Below are positions 8,047 through 16,757 of a stretch of 64,000 bases of DNA, piece after piece. The notes beneath the pieces were generated by a model. It saw nothing but the letters and a program-made list of their open reading frames with translations, was not told where the DNA came from and ran no database searches. Source of the DNA: Candidatus Multivoradales bacterium. Lineage in GTDB: Bacteria; Acidobacteriota; Thermoanaerobaculia; Multivoradales; JAHEKO01. The translations under genes were made by a program, and so were the position numbers. Within the stretch, counting starts at the first letter, position 1, and the number at the start of each line of letters is the position of its first letter. Location: positions 32,001-96,000 of the forward strand of contig CBDCVR010000014.1 of assembly GCA_965223155.1 (NCBI GenBank), read 5' to 3'.

Positions 8047-9744
8047 CTATTGGCCATACAGGGCATTACGCAGCACCTTGCCCGGCAGGGCGCCGGTCAA
8101 CTCGCCGTGTTCGACCAAGACTTCGCCGTTCACCACCGTGTACTCGATGCCCTCGGCTTGCTCGCGAATGCGCCAGCCGTTGTTCGGGAAGTCGTGCACG
8201 ATGTCCTCCGTCACTGGCGAAATCGTATTCGCATCCCAAATGGCCAGGTCTGCCGCCAGCCCCGGTTGGATCAAGCCGCGATCGTAGATGCCAAACGCCG
8301 TGGCGGAGTTGAAGGTGATCTGGTTCACCGCTTGCTCCAGCGACATAATGCCCTTATCGCGCACCCAGTAGCCGAGCAGGCGCGTGCTGAAGCTGACGCC
8401 GCTATCGAACTGCACATGCGCGCCGCCGTCCGACAGCCCCACGACCGTGTAGGGGCTCGATAGGATCTGGCCCAAGGCGTCGCCATCGACATTGATTTCC
8501 GTCAGCACGAAGACCGTGTCGAGTTCTTCTTCGACCATAATATCGAGGAAGGTATCCAGCGGATCTTTGCCCAGCGAAGCGGCGATCTCGGCCACGGTTT
8601 TGCCCTTGAGGCCCTGGTTCTTCGCCAGCTTCGGCGTTTCCACCACCATCAGATCCCAGCGTCTGGAAAAGACGGCGCTGGGGCCGAGCGGCACATCAAA
8701 ATCGCCGCGCAGTTTTTCGCGCAGGGCGTGATCGCTGTAGGCCTGCAGTTTTTCCTGGTCATCCTGGCTCACCATCAGCGAGTGCCAGTGCGTCAGACCG
8801 CGGAACACCTGGCAATTGTGGCCGTCAAAGCGATTCTTAATCTGGTTCGGCGACGCCATCGGGAAGGCGCGGCTGCCAGCTTTCGCCACTTCTTCCACCA
8901 CCGACAGATGCTCTTTCCAGTACTCCGGCGCACGGGCGCTTTGCAGGATCGAGTTGTACATAATCCGGCGGCCGCAGGCATTCGAGAGCTTGGTCATGAG
9001 GCGATCTTTAATCTCCGGCCCGGCGCCGCCGCCGCACTGGATGACGCCTGTGCCCACCTCGCGCAACACATCCACCACGGCGAACAATTCGTCTTCCGGG
9101 GCGCAAGCGCCGGAAATGCGCCGTCCGGCAAGATCGTAGTGGCCGCGGTTGCGGGTGATCGACATGCCCAGCGCGCCCGCTTCCAAGCCGTCGCGGATCA
9201 ACGCCTTCATCAGGTCGACTTGCTCCGGCGTCGCCGCCCGGTTCTCTTCCTGGCTCGCCTCGCCCATGGCGTAGTAGCGCACCGCCGAGTGCGGAATCAA
9301 GGTGCCGGCATTAATGCCCAACCGCGCGCCCACGGCGTCCATGTACTCGGGAAACGTCGTCCAGTTCCAATTCACCCCGGCGTTGAGCACGTCCATGGGA
9401 ATGGCTTCGACATAGGACAACTGGCCGGCAATGCGCTCGCGATCTTCCGGTTTGGCGGGCGCCAGGCCCAGCGAGCAATTGCCGAAGATCACCGTAGTCG
9501 AGCCGTGATAGCACGAAAACGAGCAGTTCGGATCCCACAACACCTGCGCGTCGTAGTGGCAGTGGTTGTCGATAAACCCAGGCGACACCACCAGGCCATC
9601 GGCATTGATGACGCGTTTGGCCTGCGCATTGAGCTTGCCCACTTCGACGATTTTGCCATTCTTTACGGCGACGTCACCATGAAAACTCGGCCCGCCGGAA
9701 CCGTCAATGACGCGGGCATTTTGAATCAATAGATCGAACGCCAT
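8047..9744 (-). CDS. N-acyl-D-amino-acid deacylase-family amidohydrolase
   Basis: PGFIDNHCHYD, GNCSLG, SDGGAHV and DRGLIQPGLAADL motifs. Confidence 0.9.
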   Translation of the reverse strand: MAFDLLIQNARVIDGSGGPSFHGDVAVKNGKIVEVGKLNAQAKRVINADGLVVSPGFIDNHCHYDAQVLWDPNCSFSCYHGSTTVIFGNCSLGLAPAKPEDRERIAGQLSYVEAIPMDVLNAGVNWNWTTFPEYMDAVGARLGINAGTLIPHSAVRYYAMGEASQEENRAATPEQVDLMKALIRDGLEAGALGMSITRNRGHYDLAGRRISGACAPEDELFAVVDVLREVGTGVIQCGGGAGPEIKDRLMTKLSNACGRRIMYNSILQSARAPEYWKEHLSVVEEVAKAGSRAFPMASPNQIKNRFDGHNCQVFRGLTHWHSLMVSQDDQEKLQAYSDHALREKLRGDFDVPLGPSAVFSRRWDLMVVETPKLAKNQGLKGKTVAEIAASLGKDPLDTFLDIMVEEELDTVFVLTEINVDGDALGQILSSPYTVVGLSDGGAHVQFDSGVSFSTRLLGYWVRDKGIMSLEQAVNQITFNSATAFGIYDRGLIQPGLAADLAIWDANTISPVTEDIVHDFPNNGWRIREQAEGIEYTVVNGEVLVEHGELTGALPGKVLRNALYGQ

Positions 9745-9887
9745 GCTGCATCCTCCTGGTCATTCCTGCTATTCATACCCTGTGCGGCTTTGTACAGCTA
9801 ACGATATCACGACCCCAGTCGTTTTGCTTGGGATTTGTCTATACACGCATTGCGGCCTCAGGTCAATTGGAATTGGCAACGACAACG

Positions 9888-10706
9888 CTAGATCATAAAC
9901 GCCATCTGCCTCACAATCGTTTCGCCCAAGGCAAGATCCCCTTCGATCTGCACCTTGCCTGCCTGTAGCGTGCCCCCCGGTTCCCAGCGGCCGCAGCCAA
10001 GACGGGTAAACGTCTCGACATCCATACGCAACCGCACGGTCAGGGCATTCGGCGGCGCCTCCAACATCTTAGCTCGCTTGTCCTCGACGACGATAGCGAT
10101 CGTACAACCGGCAGCGCCGCTCACCTCAAACACCACGGTCGCGCCATCGGGCGCCTGCGCCTTGCGGCCCACCACGAACGGCATGGCCGAGGCGCAGCGT
10201 CCGACCGAGAGCTCCGCCACCGGCCCGTCGAGATGACCAGGCTGTTGCAGGGCGCCGCGCATATCTTGCTCATGCGTCCAGGCGTCAAAGGCGCGAATTT
10301 CGATGAGACTCTGCACCGTTCCCGGCCCAATCGGGGTCATGGTTTCGGCGGCGAAATCATCGTCGCTCAGAGCCCGCAACACCGTCAGGCGCTCGGCCGT
10401 CAGCTCGCGGAATTCCGCCAGCACCTCGGGGCCGGATTTTGAGCGACGATAGTCGACCGTGGCTTCATTGCGCTCGCCCATCTCATTTTTCACATGACTC
10501 ACGTCGCGCGGCGTATGCGTCGTCGTCGGCCGTCCGAGCAGTCCGTGCTCCCCGGCGCAAAGATGCGATAGTTGATCCTGCACCGACCAATTCGGACAGT
10601 CAGTGGGCGTCTGCCACTGTTCGTCCGTTAAATTGGCGCACAACGCATCGATCGAGCGCCATACCGCCTCCATTTTGTCTACGACTTCTTGACCCATAAC
10701 CGTCAC
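9888..10706 (-). CDS. Maleylpyruvate isomerase-family (MDMPI, DinB-like) protein
   Basis: W..PTDCPNWSVQDQLSHL and RAFDAWTHEQDMRGAL motifs. Confidence 0.88.
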   Translation of the reverse strand: MTVMGQEVVDKMEAVWRSIDALCANLTDEQWQTPTDCPNWSVQDQLSHLCAGEHGLLGRPTTTHTPRDVSHVKNEMGERNEATVDYRRSKSGPEVLAEFRELTAERLTVLRALSDDDFAAETMTPIGPGTVQSLIEIRAFDAWTHEQDMRGALQQPGHLDGPVAELSVGRCASAMPFVVGRKAQAPDGATVVFEVSGAAGCTIAIVVEDKRAKMLEAPPNALTVRLRMDVETFTRLGCGRWEPGGTLQAGKVQIEGDLALGETIVRQMAFMI

Positions 10707-11486
10707 CTACCCCTTCACCACCCCGACAAGAAATTGCACCTCAATCTCAGCGCGCACACCATTCCCTCCACAAACAGCCCGGCAGCGGCTTCGCGCATCG
10801 CCGCCTCGAATGCCGCCTCGCCAATGTGCTGGATAGCCAGAAAGGCAGGACCAATTGAGGACAGCGCTCGGGCCGCCAAATCGGGATCCGGGAATTCCCA
10901 GTGCAGGCGAACGCTCGTGCGCTCGCCTGGCTCCAAACCGGCATCGGCCATGAGCTGTTCCGCCACGCCGGGGCGGCCAATTTGGATCATGGCGCCGGTG
11001 TTGGCGCGTTCCGCCTCGCTGGTCTGGCCCATCACCGCGAACAACGGGAACGCCTCCATGCGTCGCTGCGCGCCCCAAAAGCTCAATCCCACCTTGCCGC
11101 CAGGGCGCACCACCCGGCAGGCTTCCCGCAGAGCGTCGAGACAGTTGCCCCAAATGCCCCGGAAGCTGGTCGCCACATCAAAGCTGTCGGTCTCAAACGG
11201 CAGCTGAAACATATCGCCCAACTCTGACGTCCGGCTGCGGTGTGCGCGCCGAGGCAATCGCCGCCAGGCGTTTCGAGGCGTCAAGGCCGGACACGACGGC
11301 GCCTCGTTCGGCCGCCAAGCGCAGCGCTAAACCGCTGCCGCAGGCAATGTCGAGATACCGTGTCTCCTGCCCGACGCCGGTCTGCTCCAGCAGATGAAGA
11401 TATTCTCGCCAGTGCATATTTTCGAATAAATAGGCCGCTTCAACGGCCCGTCGTCCCCAACCCTCGTCGACGCGTTGCCAATCCAT
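10707..11486 (-). pseudogene. Class I SAM methyltransferase with two opposite frameshifts (+1 near 11218, -1 near 10761)
   Basis: The N-terminus (LDIACGSG, GLDAS) and the C-terminus (GVRAEIEVQFLVGVVKG*) share one frame. The middle (GDMFQLPFETDSFD, RVVRPGG) is in another. Confidence 0.8.
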
Positions 11487-11504
11487 CTGTGCTCCCTGAC
11501 TTCA

Positions 11505-12482
11505 TCACTTCTCAGACCGATGCATGGGAATGCGGTAGTACAGCTCAAACTCGCCGCTGCCGCGGTCAAACTCCAAACGCTCGTCAAAACCGTACGGCGT
11601 CGGGCTAAACACCTTGCGCGCCCGCGTGGGATTGACCCGGTGATGCGTCTCCACCCGGTCGCTAAACGTCACCGTGTCCCCGTCCACTTCCAGGTGATAG
11701 TCGTGCATGCCGCCGCCATCGGTGTAGACGCGCGCGTTGAAATCGCCCGACTCCGCATCGACCCCGATCATCACAAAAGCGGTGTGAATATCCTTGCGGC
11801 CATCCGGCAAGGGATAGGCGACCGCCATGCGAAAGCCGAGGAAACGACCGTTGACTTCCCACGCGCCGACCGCTTCTTTGTGAAAATTCTCGCCGCCGTC
11901 GGTGGACTCCACATCGCCGCGAAAATGGCCTATGAAAAATTTCAGTTTTTGCAGCAGACCACTGCCCGTATCGTGGTCGTGCACCGGGTCAAAGCGGAAC
12001 GACTGCGCCTCGCCCGGCGTCGCCAACAGCGTGCCTTCCGCCGCGGCGCGGCCCGCGAACTCCAACACGTGGCGCCAGTCGTCCTCGCGGATGAACTCGG
12101 CGAACATATCGCTGCGCTGTCCCACCCGCAACGTCGCCACGGGCGCGTGCTTGCAGGGCCCCTGGCATTCCGTCGTCGTGATCGGCAAGCCGTGCGCCGC
12201 CTCGGCGGCGTCCAGCGCCTCAGCCCCGGCGTCGAACTTTTGCCGCTGCCGGCACGGACGCCCCATGCAGAGAAACAAGTGCGCCTCGCCGCTGTCAAAA
12301 TGCCGCCGGGCGCGCTCTAGCGCCGCGTCGAGTTCGGCGGCGCTCGGCGTCTGCCCCTCGCGCGCCAGCTCCGCCGCAAACGCCTCGCGCGCCTCCGGCG
12401 TCCAACTGCCCTGCACGCGCACCACAAAGGCCAGCGTCAGCGCATCGAGAGGGTCGACATCCGTGGTCAGGTGTTGCGTCAT
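11505..12482 (-). CDS. Hypothetical fusion: thioredoxin-like [2Fe-2S] ferredoxin domain plus a DUF1579/nitrobindin-like beta-barrel
   Basis: LFLCMGRPC...TTECQGPCKHAP (C-x4-C...C-x3-C). The C-terminal beta-rich domain starts LQKLKFFIGHFRG. ATGA overlap with the GMC stop. Confidence 0.6.
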   Translation of the reverse strand: MTQHLTTDVDPLDALTLAFVVRVQGSWTPEAREAFAAELAREGQTPSAAELDAALERARRHFDSGEAHLFLCMGRPCRQRQKFDAGAEALDAAEAAHGLPITTTECQGPCKHAPVATLRVGQRSDMFAEFIREDDWRHVLEFAGRAAAEGTLLATPGEAQSFRFDPVHDHDTGSGLLQKLKFFIGHFRGDVESTDGGENFHKEAVGAWEVNGRFLGFRMAVAYPLPDGRKDIHTAFVMIGVDAESGDFNARVYTDGGGMHDYHLEVDGDTVTFSDRVETHHRVNPTRARKVFSPTPYGFDERLEFDRGSGEFELYYRIPMHRSEK

Positions 12483-14032
12483 GATTGCGTCCTTTCCAAT
12501 TTCATCCAATCTGCGATGCGCTCGGCGATCATCATCGCCGTCGCGTTGGTATTGGCTCGCACCACATCCGGCATAATCGAGGTATCGACGACTCGCAGTC
12601 CCTGCAGACCGTGAACCCGCCCGTATTGATCCACCACCGCCATAGCGTCCGAGGCAGGTCCCATTTTACACGTTCCCGCCAAATGATGCGCGGTGGAGAT
12701 GTGGGTCAAAATCCATTGATCGAGGGCTTCGTCCGAGGCCAAATCCGCGTCGGTGGGGGCGAGGCGCTCGATGATCATGTCCCGCAGGGCCTCGGACTCG
12801 GCCAATTGCATGACCAGCCGCACGCCGTGGCGCATGCGCTCGCGGTCCCATGCGTGCTCCATAAAGCGGTAGTTCAGTTGCGGCTGCACGTGCGGATCAG
12901 TGGAGGTCAGGCGAATTTCGCCAGCGCCCACGGCGCTCTCCAGAATTAGCACGAAACGGCTGCCCAGGGGCTCGGAATTGACAAAACTGCCGCCGCGCGG
13001 ATCGGTAAACCAGGAGGGCATAATTTGCATGTCATTGCGCGAATCCGAGCCGGGCGTGGTGTAGCGCAGCGCCAGTTGAATGCGCGGGCTATCCATGCCG
13101 GCGAGATACTCGTCTTTGACCCGAAACAGCACCGGCAGCAGCGGATGGTCGCGAAAATTCTGCCCCACCCCAGGCAGGTCATGCACCACGTTGACGCCGA
13201 GTTCGCGCAGATGCGCCGCCGGTCCCACGCCGGAGAGCATGAGCAGGTGCGGCGAGGCAATAGCCCCGGCGCTCAACACCACTTCTTTGCCCTCAACGGT
13301 AAAGCGCTCGCCCTGGCATTCCACCTCGACGCCCGTGACGCGCGCACCGTCGAAGATCAAGCGGCGGGCCATGACATTGGCTTTGACCGTCAGGTTGAGC
13401 CGATGCCGCGCTTGCGCCAGATAGGTCAGCGCCGTGCTCATGCGCACGCCGTCGATATTGTTCATGGGAAAGGGCCCGACCCCGGTGGAATCGGGGTGGT
13501 TCATATCCGTATCGGGGGGAAAATCCGCCTCCAGACACGCCTGGTGAAAGGCGGCGGGAAGCGGCTCCCAGCGCTCCGGCGCATGCATGCGCACCGGCAG
13601 CGGCCCATCGTTGCCGTGGTGCGGGCCGGTGTGGTCGCGGTCCGACTCCATCTTGCGAAAATAGGGCAAGACCTTGTCGTAGGCCCACTCGTCATTGCCC
13701 CAGGCGGCCCAGTTATCGTAATCTTCCGGCACGCCGCGCAGCAGCACCTGGCCGTTCATGGCGCTGGTGCCCCCGGTGGCTTTGCCCCTCGGGACTTCGA
13801 TGGGCTCGGACTGGTGTTCATTGGCGTTGCCGACAAACGACCAGTTATGCGGCCCGGTGAGCACCGGCGACAAGTTGTAGCCGTATTTCAGATCATCGGG
13901 CAGGTGCGCGAACTCCGGGTAATCCGGCCCCGCCTCTAGCAACAAGACCGAACACGACGGGTCTTCCGACAGACGCGACGCCAGCACGCCCCCCGATGAC
14001 CCAGCCCCAATCACAATGACGTCGTACTGCAT
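12479..14032 (-). CDS. GMC-family oxidoreductase (choline dehydrogenase/MftG-like)
   Basis: GAGSSG, RGKATGGTSAMNG, SGVGP, HLAGTCKMG and NTNATAMMIAER motifs. Confidence 0.93.
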   Translation of the reverse strand: MQYDVIVIGAGSSGGVLASRLSEDPSCSVLLLEAGPDYPEFAHLPDDLKYGYNLSPVLTGPHNWSFVGNANEHQSEPIEVPRGKATGGTSAMNGQVLLRGVPEDYDNWAAWGNDEWAYDKVLPYFRKMESDRDHTGPHHGNDGPLPVRMHAPERWEPLPAAFHQACLEADFPPDTDMNHPDSTGVGPFPMNNIDGVRMSTALTYLAQARHRLNLTVKANVMARRLIFDGARVTGVEVECQGERFTVEGKEVVLSAGAIASPHLLMLSGVGPAAHLRELGVNVVHDLPGVGQNFRDHPLLPVLFRVKDEYLAGMDSPRIQLALRYTTPGSDSRNDMQIMPSWFTDPRGGSFVNSEPLGSRFVLILESAVGAGEIRLTSTDPHVQPQLNYRFMEHAWDRERMRHGVRLVMQLAESEALRDMIIERLAPTDADLASDEALDQWILTHISTAHHLAGTCKMGPASDAMAVVDQYGRVHGLQGLRVVDTSIMPDVVRANTNATAMMIAERIADWMKLERTQS

Positions 14033-14125
14033 GCCCTCCTCCTCTTTCCGCTGTCGTCAGTCGCTTGTATGTCAGGCAGACTAAGAACCTGGCGAGGGCT
14101 TGTCAAGTGAAAGCGTGTGGGGACG

Positions 14126-14761
14126 TCAGATCATGCGCTGGCCGCTGGCGTCATAAGCCTCGATCTTGCGAGTGGCGGCGGGACTACCGGGATACTCGGC
14201 CGCCAGCAGGGTCCAGACCATGGTGTCGCGCACCTCGCCGGACGGCGATATGGCGCGGCGGCGCAGCGTCGCCTCGTGCGTAAAACCGAGTTTGCGCGGC
14301 ACAGAGGCGCTCGCGACATTATCCGGATCGCAGTGAATTTCCACGCGCTGCACGTGGTCGATTACCATCGCCACCTGGGTGAGCGCAGCGCTCACTTCCG
14401 TGGCCAGGCCCCGGTTGATGTGGTCCTTGTGAATCCAGTAGCCGATTTCGCGCACGCCCCGGCCCAAGCGGGTGTGCAGGCCGGTGCTGCCGAGCACGCG
14501 CGTTTCATCCCGGTCAAAGATGCCGTAGACGTAATCGCGATCCAAATCAAAATCGCCCCGGTAGCGGCGCAACCGCGCGACTTTGTCGACCAGGTCTTCA
14601 GGCTCGTACAAGGCCCAGGGCAACCAGGCGCGCAGATGGTCTAAACTCTCGACAATCGCCGTTTGCATCAGAGGCGCATCGGCCGGCGTCCAGCAGCGCA
14701 GCACCAGGCGCTCGGTGTGAATGCGGTAGGCGGGTCCGCGTCTGTTGTCGGCGTCCGGCAT
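14126..14761 (-). CDS. RimL-like GNAT N-acetyltransferase
   Basis: TERLVLR, EIGYWI...GLATE and NVASASVPRKLGF motifs. Confidence 0.88.
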   Translation of the reverse strand: MPDADNRRGPAYRIHTERLVLRCWTPADAPLMQTAIVESLDHLRAWLPWALYEPEDLVDKVARLRRYRGDFDLDRDYVYGIFDRDETRVLGSTGLHTRLGRGVREIGYWIHKDHINRGLATEVSAALTQVAMVIDHVQRVEIHCDPDNVASASVPRKLGFTHEATLRRRAISPSGEVRDTMVWTLLAAEYPGSPAATRKIEAYDASGQRMI

Positions 14762-14805
14762 GGCGTGCGCTCCACGTCAGGATGGAGAAAATGGACGGAA
14801 CATGG

Positions 14806-15075
14806 CTAAGCTGCGTGTAACGGGGCGAGTTCTTCAGGCTCCATAGCCGATAAGCCCAAAGACTCAAGAACTGTGTTGACTTGATCAACCGTGACATGGG
14901 CCGGCGCGGTAATCTCCAAACCAATGGGTTCACCGCTCGGCGCATAATCCACTAACACACCGGCTGAAGCCTCAACTGTCCGGTCGCTTTTCACACCTGC
15001 CCGTCGGGGGAGGTACAGATAAGCCGCTAACGGCCTCCCTTTGCGAAATGTGATTTCCAAGTAGCGCTCTTTCAT
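14806..15075 (-). CDS. DUF2283-domain protein (putative antitoxin)
   Basis: AAYLYL...TVE....VLVDY...G.PIGLEI pattern. Confidence 0.8.
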   Translation of the reverse strand: MKERYLEITFRKGRPLAAYLYLPRRAGVKSDRTVEASAGVLVDYAPSGEPIGLEITAPAHVTVDQVNTVLESLGLSAMEPEELAPLHAA

Positions 15076-15078
15076 GTT

Positions 15079-15333
15079 TTACCTATCTACTGGATACGCT
15101 GTAATGACGACTAATAATAACTCGATAGAGTCAGGCTCGACAATCACATGCCATACTTGCCGCCGATGCTGTGTGTCGATGAGCCAACGTCCCTCCACGG
15201 TATCGGCATGGTAAGACCTAGCGGTTTCTAACATTGCCCGCAAGTCAACTTCCGTAAAGTCTCGATCGACCATCCGTTTCTCGACATGGGGCGACAGTTC
15301 CAGCTCCCAATCCCACCATTCCGGCCATTGCAT
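15079..15333 (-). CDS. DUF4258-domain protein (putative toxin)
   Basis: LSPHVEKRMVDRDF...GRWLI...VVITAY pattern; 3 nt upstream of the DUF2283 gene. Confidence 0.75.
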   Translation of the reverse strand: MQWPEWWDWELELSPHVEKRMVDRDFTEVDLRAMLETARSYHADTVEGRWLIDTQHRRQVWHVIVEPDSIELLLVVITAYPVDR

Positions 15334-15489
15334 CGCGCCCTCACACAAACCAAGAGAAAACGATCGATTTCAATCGCGGTCTGGACATTTTAGGCCAGCC
15401 GTAGCCGAGACACAAGCTTAGCGCGTCTTGGCGTGTTGTCACCATGCCGATAATGGCTTGCTTCCCCCACACGGGCTGCTCCGGTTAGG

Positions 15490-15594
15490 TCATTGGCGAC
15501 ATGGATTCGCGCTCAACTCTTCTAACAGCGACCTCCTATCCATCAGCTCTGCCGTGTTCAGCCCGTCCGTGAACCAATCGTACACCGAGGCCAG
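15490..15594 (-). pseudogene. Degenerate remnant of a cyclase-AAA-TPR C-terminal tail
   Basis: Translates LASVYDWFTDGLNTAELMDRRSLLEEL, versus LAPVYEWFTEGFDTVDLIEAKPLLDEL at the end of the gene at 16758-20391. Confidence 0.75.
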
Positions 15595-15600
15595 TCGAGT

Positions 15601-16665
15601 TTACCCCATCTCAAGCGGCGTTATCTTCACTGTCCTGCCCGTAGAAGCCGCCTCGATGACGGCTTCTGTCACCTGCGTCACACGCAGGCCATCCAAACCG
15701 GAGGCGAGAGGCTGCCCATCATGCTCAATGGCCTGATTGAACGACTCCACTTGCCGTTTGTATAGAGCCAATGGGTCCGAGGGATAAGACGCCACCGTAT
15801 TAACCGTATCGCTGACGACCTCCAGCGACCCTTGGAACGTGGTGCGCAGGCAATCCCCTAACACGATTCGCCCGTGACTGCCATACACCGCGGCGTCATT
15901 TTTGGAGTCAGGTATTTTAAACCCACAACAAATCGTGGCGAGGGCGCCCCCATCGAACCTGAGGCACATCGTCGCCAACCGTTCCAGAGGGTTTGCCTGG
16001 CTCTGCCCATCCGTCAGGGCCGCCACTTCCACCACGCGTTGGTCGAGCAGAAAGTGCAGCGCATCAGTGCAGTGCGCCCCCTGGCCCATCATGGCCAATG
16101 CCGAGCCGATTCTGTCCGGCTCCCCCCACCAGGCGCTGCGTTGACCCGAGCGCAGCTCCATGATACGCTCGACGGAGAGATCGGCGACCCCGCGCAGGCC
16201 AATGCCCCACTGCGCTTGCGCCAGGGTGATGGTTCCCAGGACGCCTTCTCCCAGCAGCCGTCGCGCTTCTTGCAGTCCAGGGTGGTGCCGCAGGTGGAAT
16301 CCGACTCCTAGCTTCACGCCATCCGCCTGACACGCCTGCACCATCTCGACTGCTTCCTCAACCGTGACCGCCATGGGTTTCTCGACCAACACATGTTTCC
16401 CCGCCCGCGCCGCGATCATGGTGTACGGCGCATGCAGGAAATTGGGAGAGGCGATGAAGACTGCGTCGACGCGGGCGTCCGCCACGAGAGCTTCGACCGA
16501 CGCGTAGGCGGCTTGCGCCCCGTGTCGGTTCGCAAACGCCTCGGCCCGTTCTTGGTCCCGGCTGCAAGCGGCGACAAGACGCGCGCCTTCCGCCGCCCCT
16601 ATCGCCGGAGCCAGTAGGGTCTCGGCATGCGCGCCGGGACTGACGAGAGCCCATCCAATCGTCAT
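15601..16665 (-). CDS. Gfo/Idh/MocA-family oxidoreductase
   Basis: DAVFIASPNFLH, AGKHVLVEKPMA and GVGFHLRHHP motifs; GAAGGAG SD before ATG 16665. Confidence 0.9.
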   Translation of the reverse strand: MTIGWALVSPGAHAETLLAPAIGAAEGARLVAACSRDQERAEAFANRHGAQAAYASVEALVADARVDAVFIASPNFLHAPYTMIAARAGKHVLVEKPMAVTVEEAVEMVQACQADGVKLGVGFHLRHHPGLQEARRLLGEGVLGTITLAQAQWGIGLRGVADLSVERIMELRSGQRSAWWGEPDRIGSALAMMGQGAHCTDALHFLLDQRVVEVAALTDGQSQANPLERLATMCLRFDGGALATICCGFKIPDSKNDAAVYGSHGRIVLGDCLRTTFQGSLEVVSDTVNTVASYPSDPLALYKRQVESFNQAIEHDGQPLASGLDGLRVTQVTEAVIEAASTGRTVKITPLEMG

Positions 16666-16757
16666 TGGATCATCTCCTTCATGTGCTGGTAAAAGGCGGA
16701 CAAGAAAACTCAACGGTCGCTCTCCATGTGGCAAAGCGCCGCCGTATTCTGTAGCGG

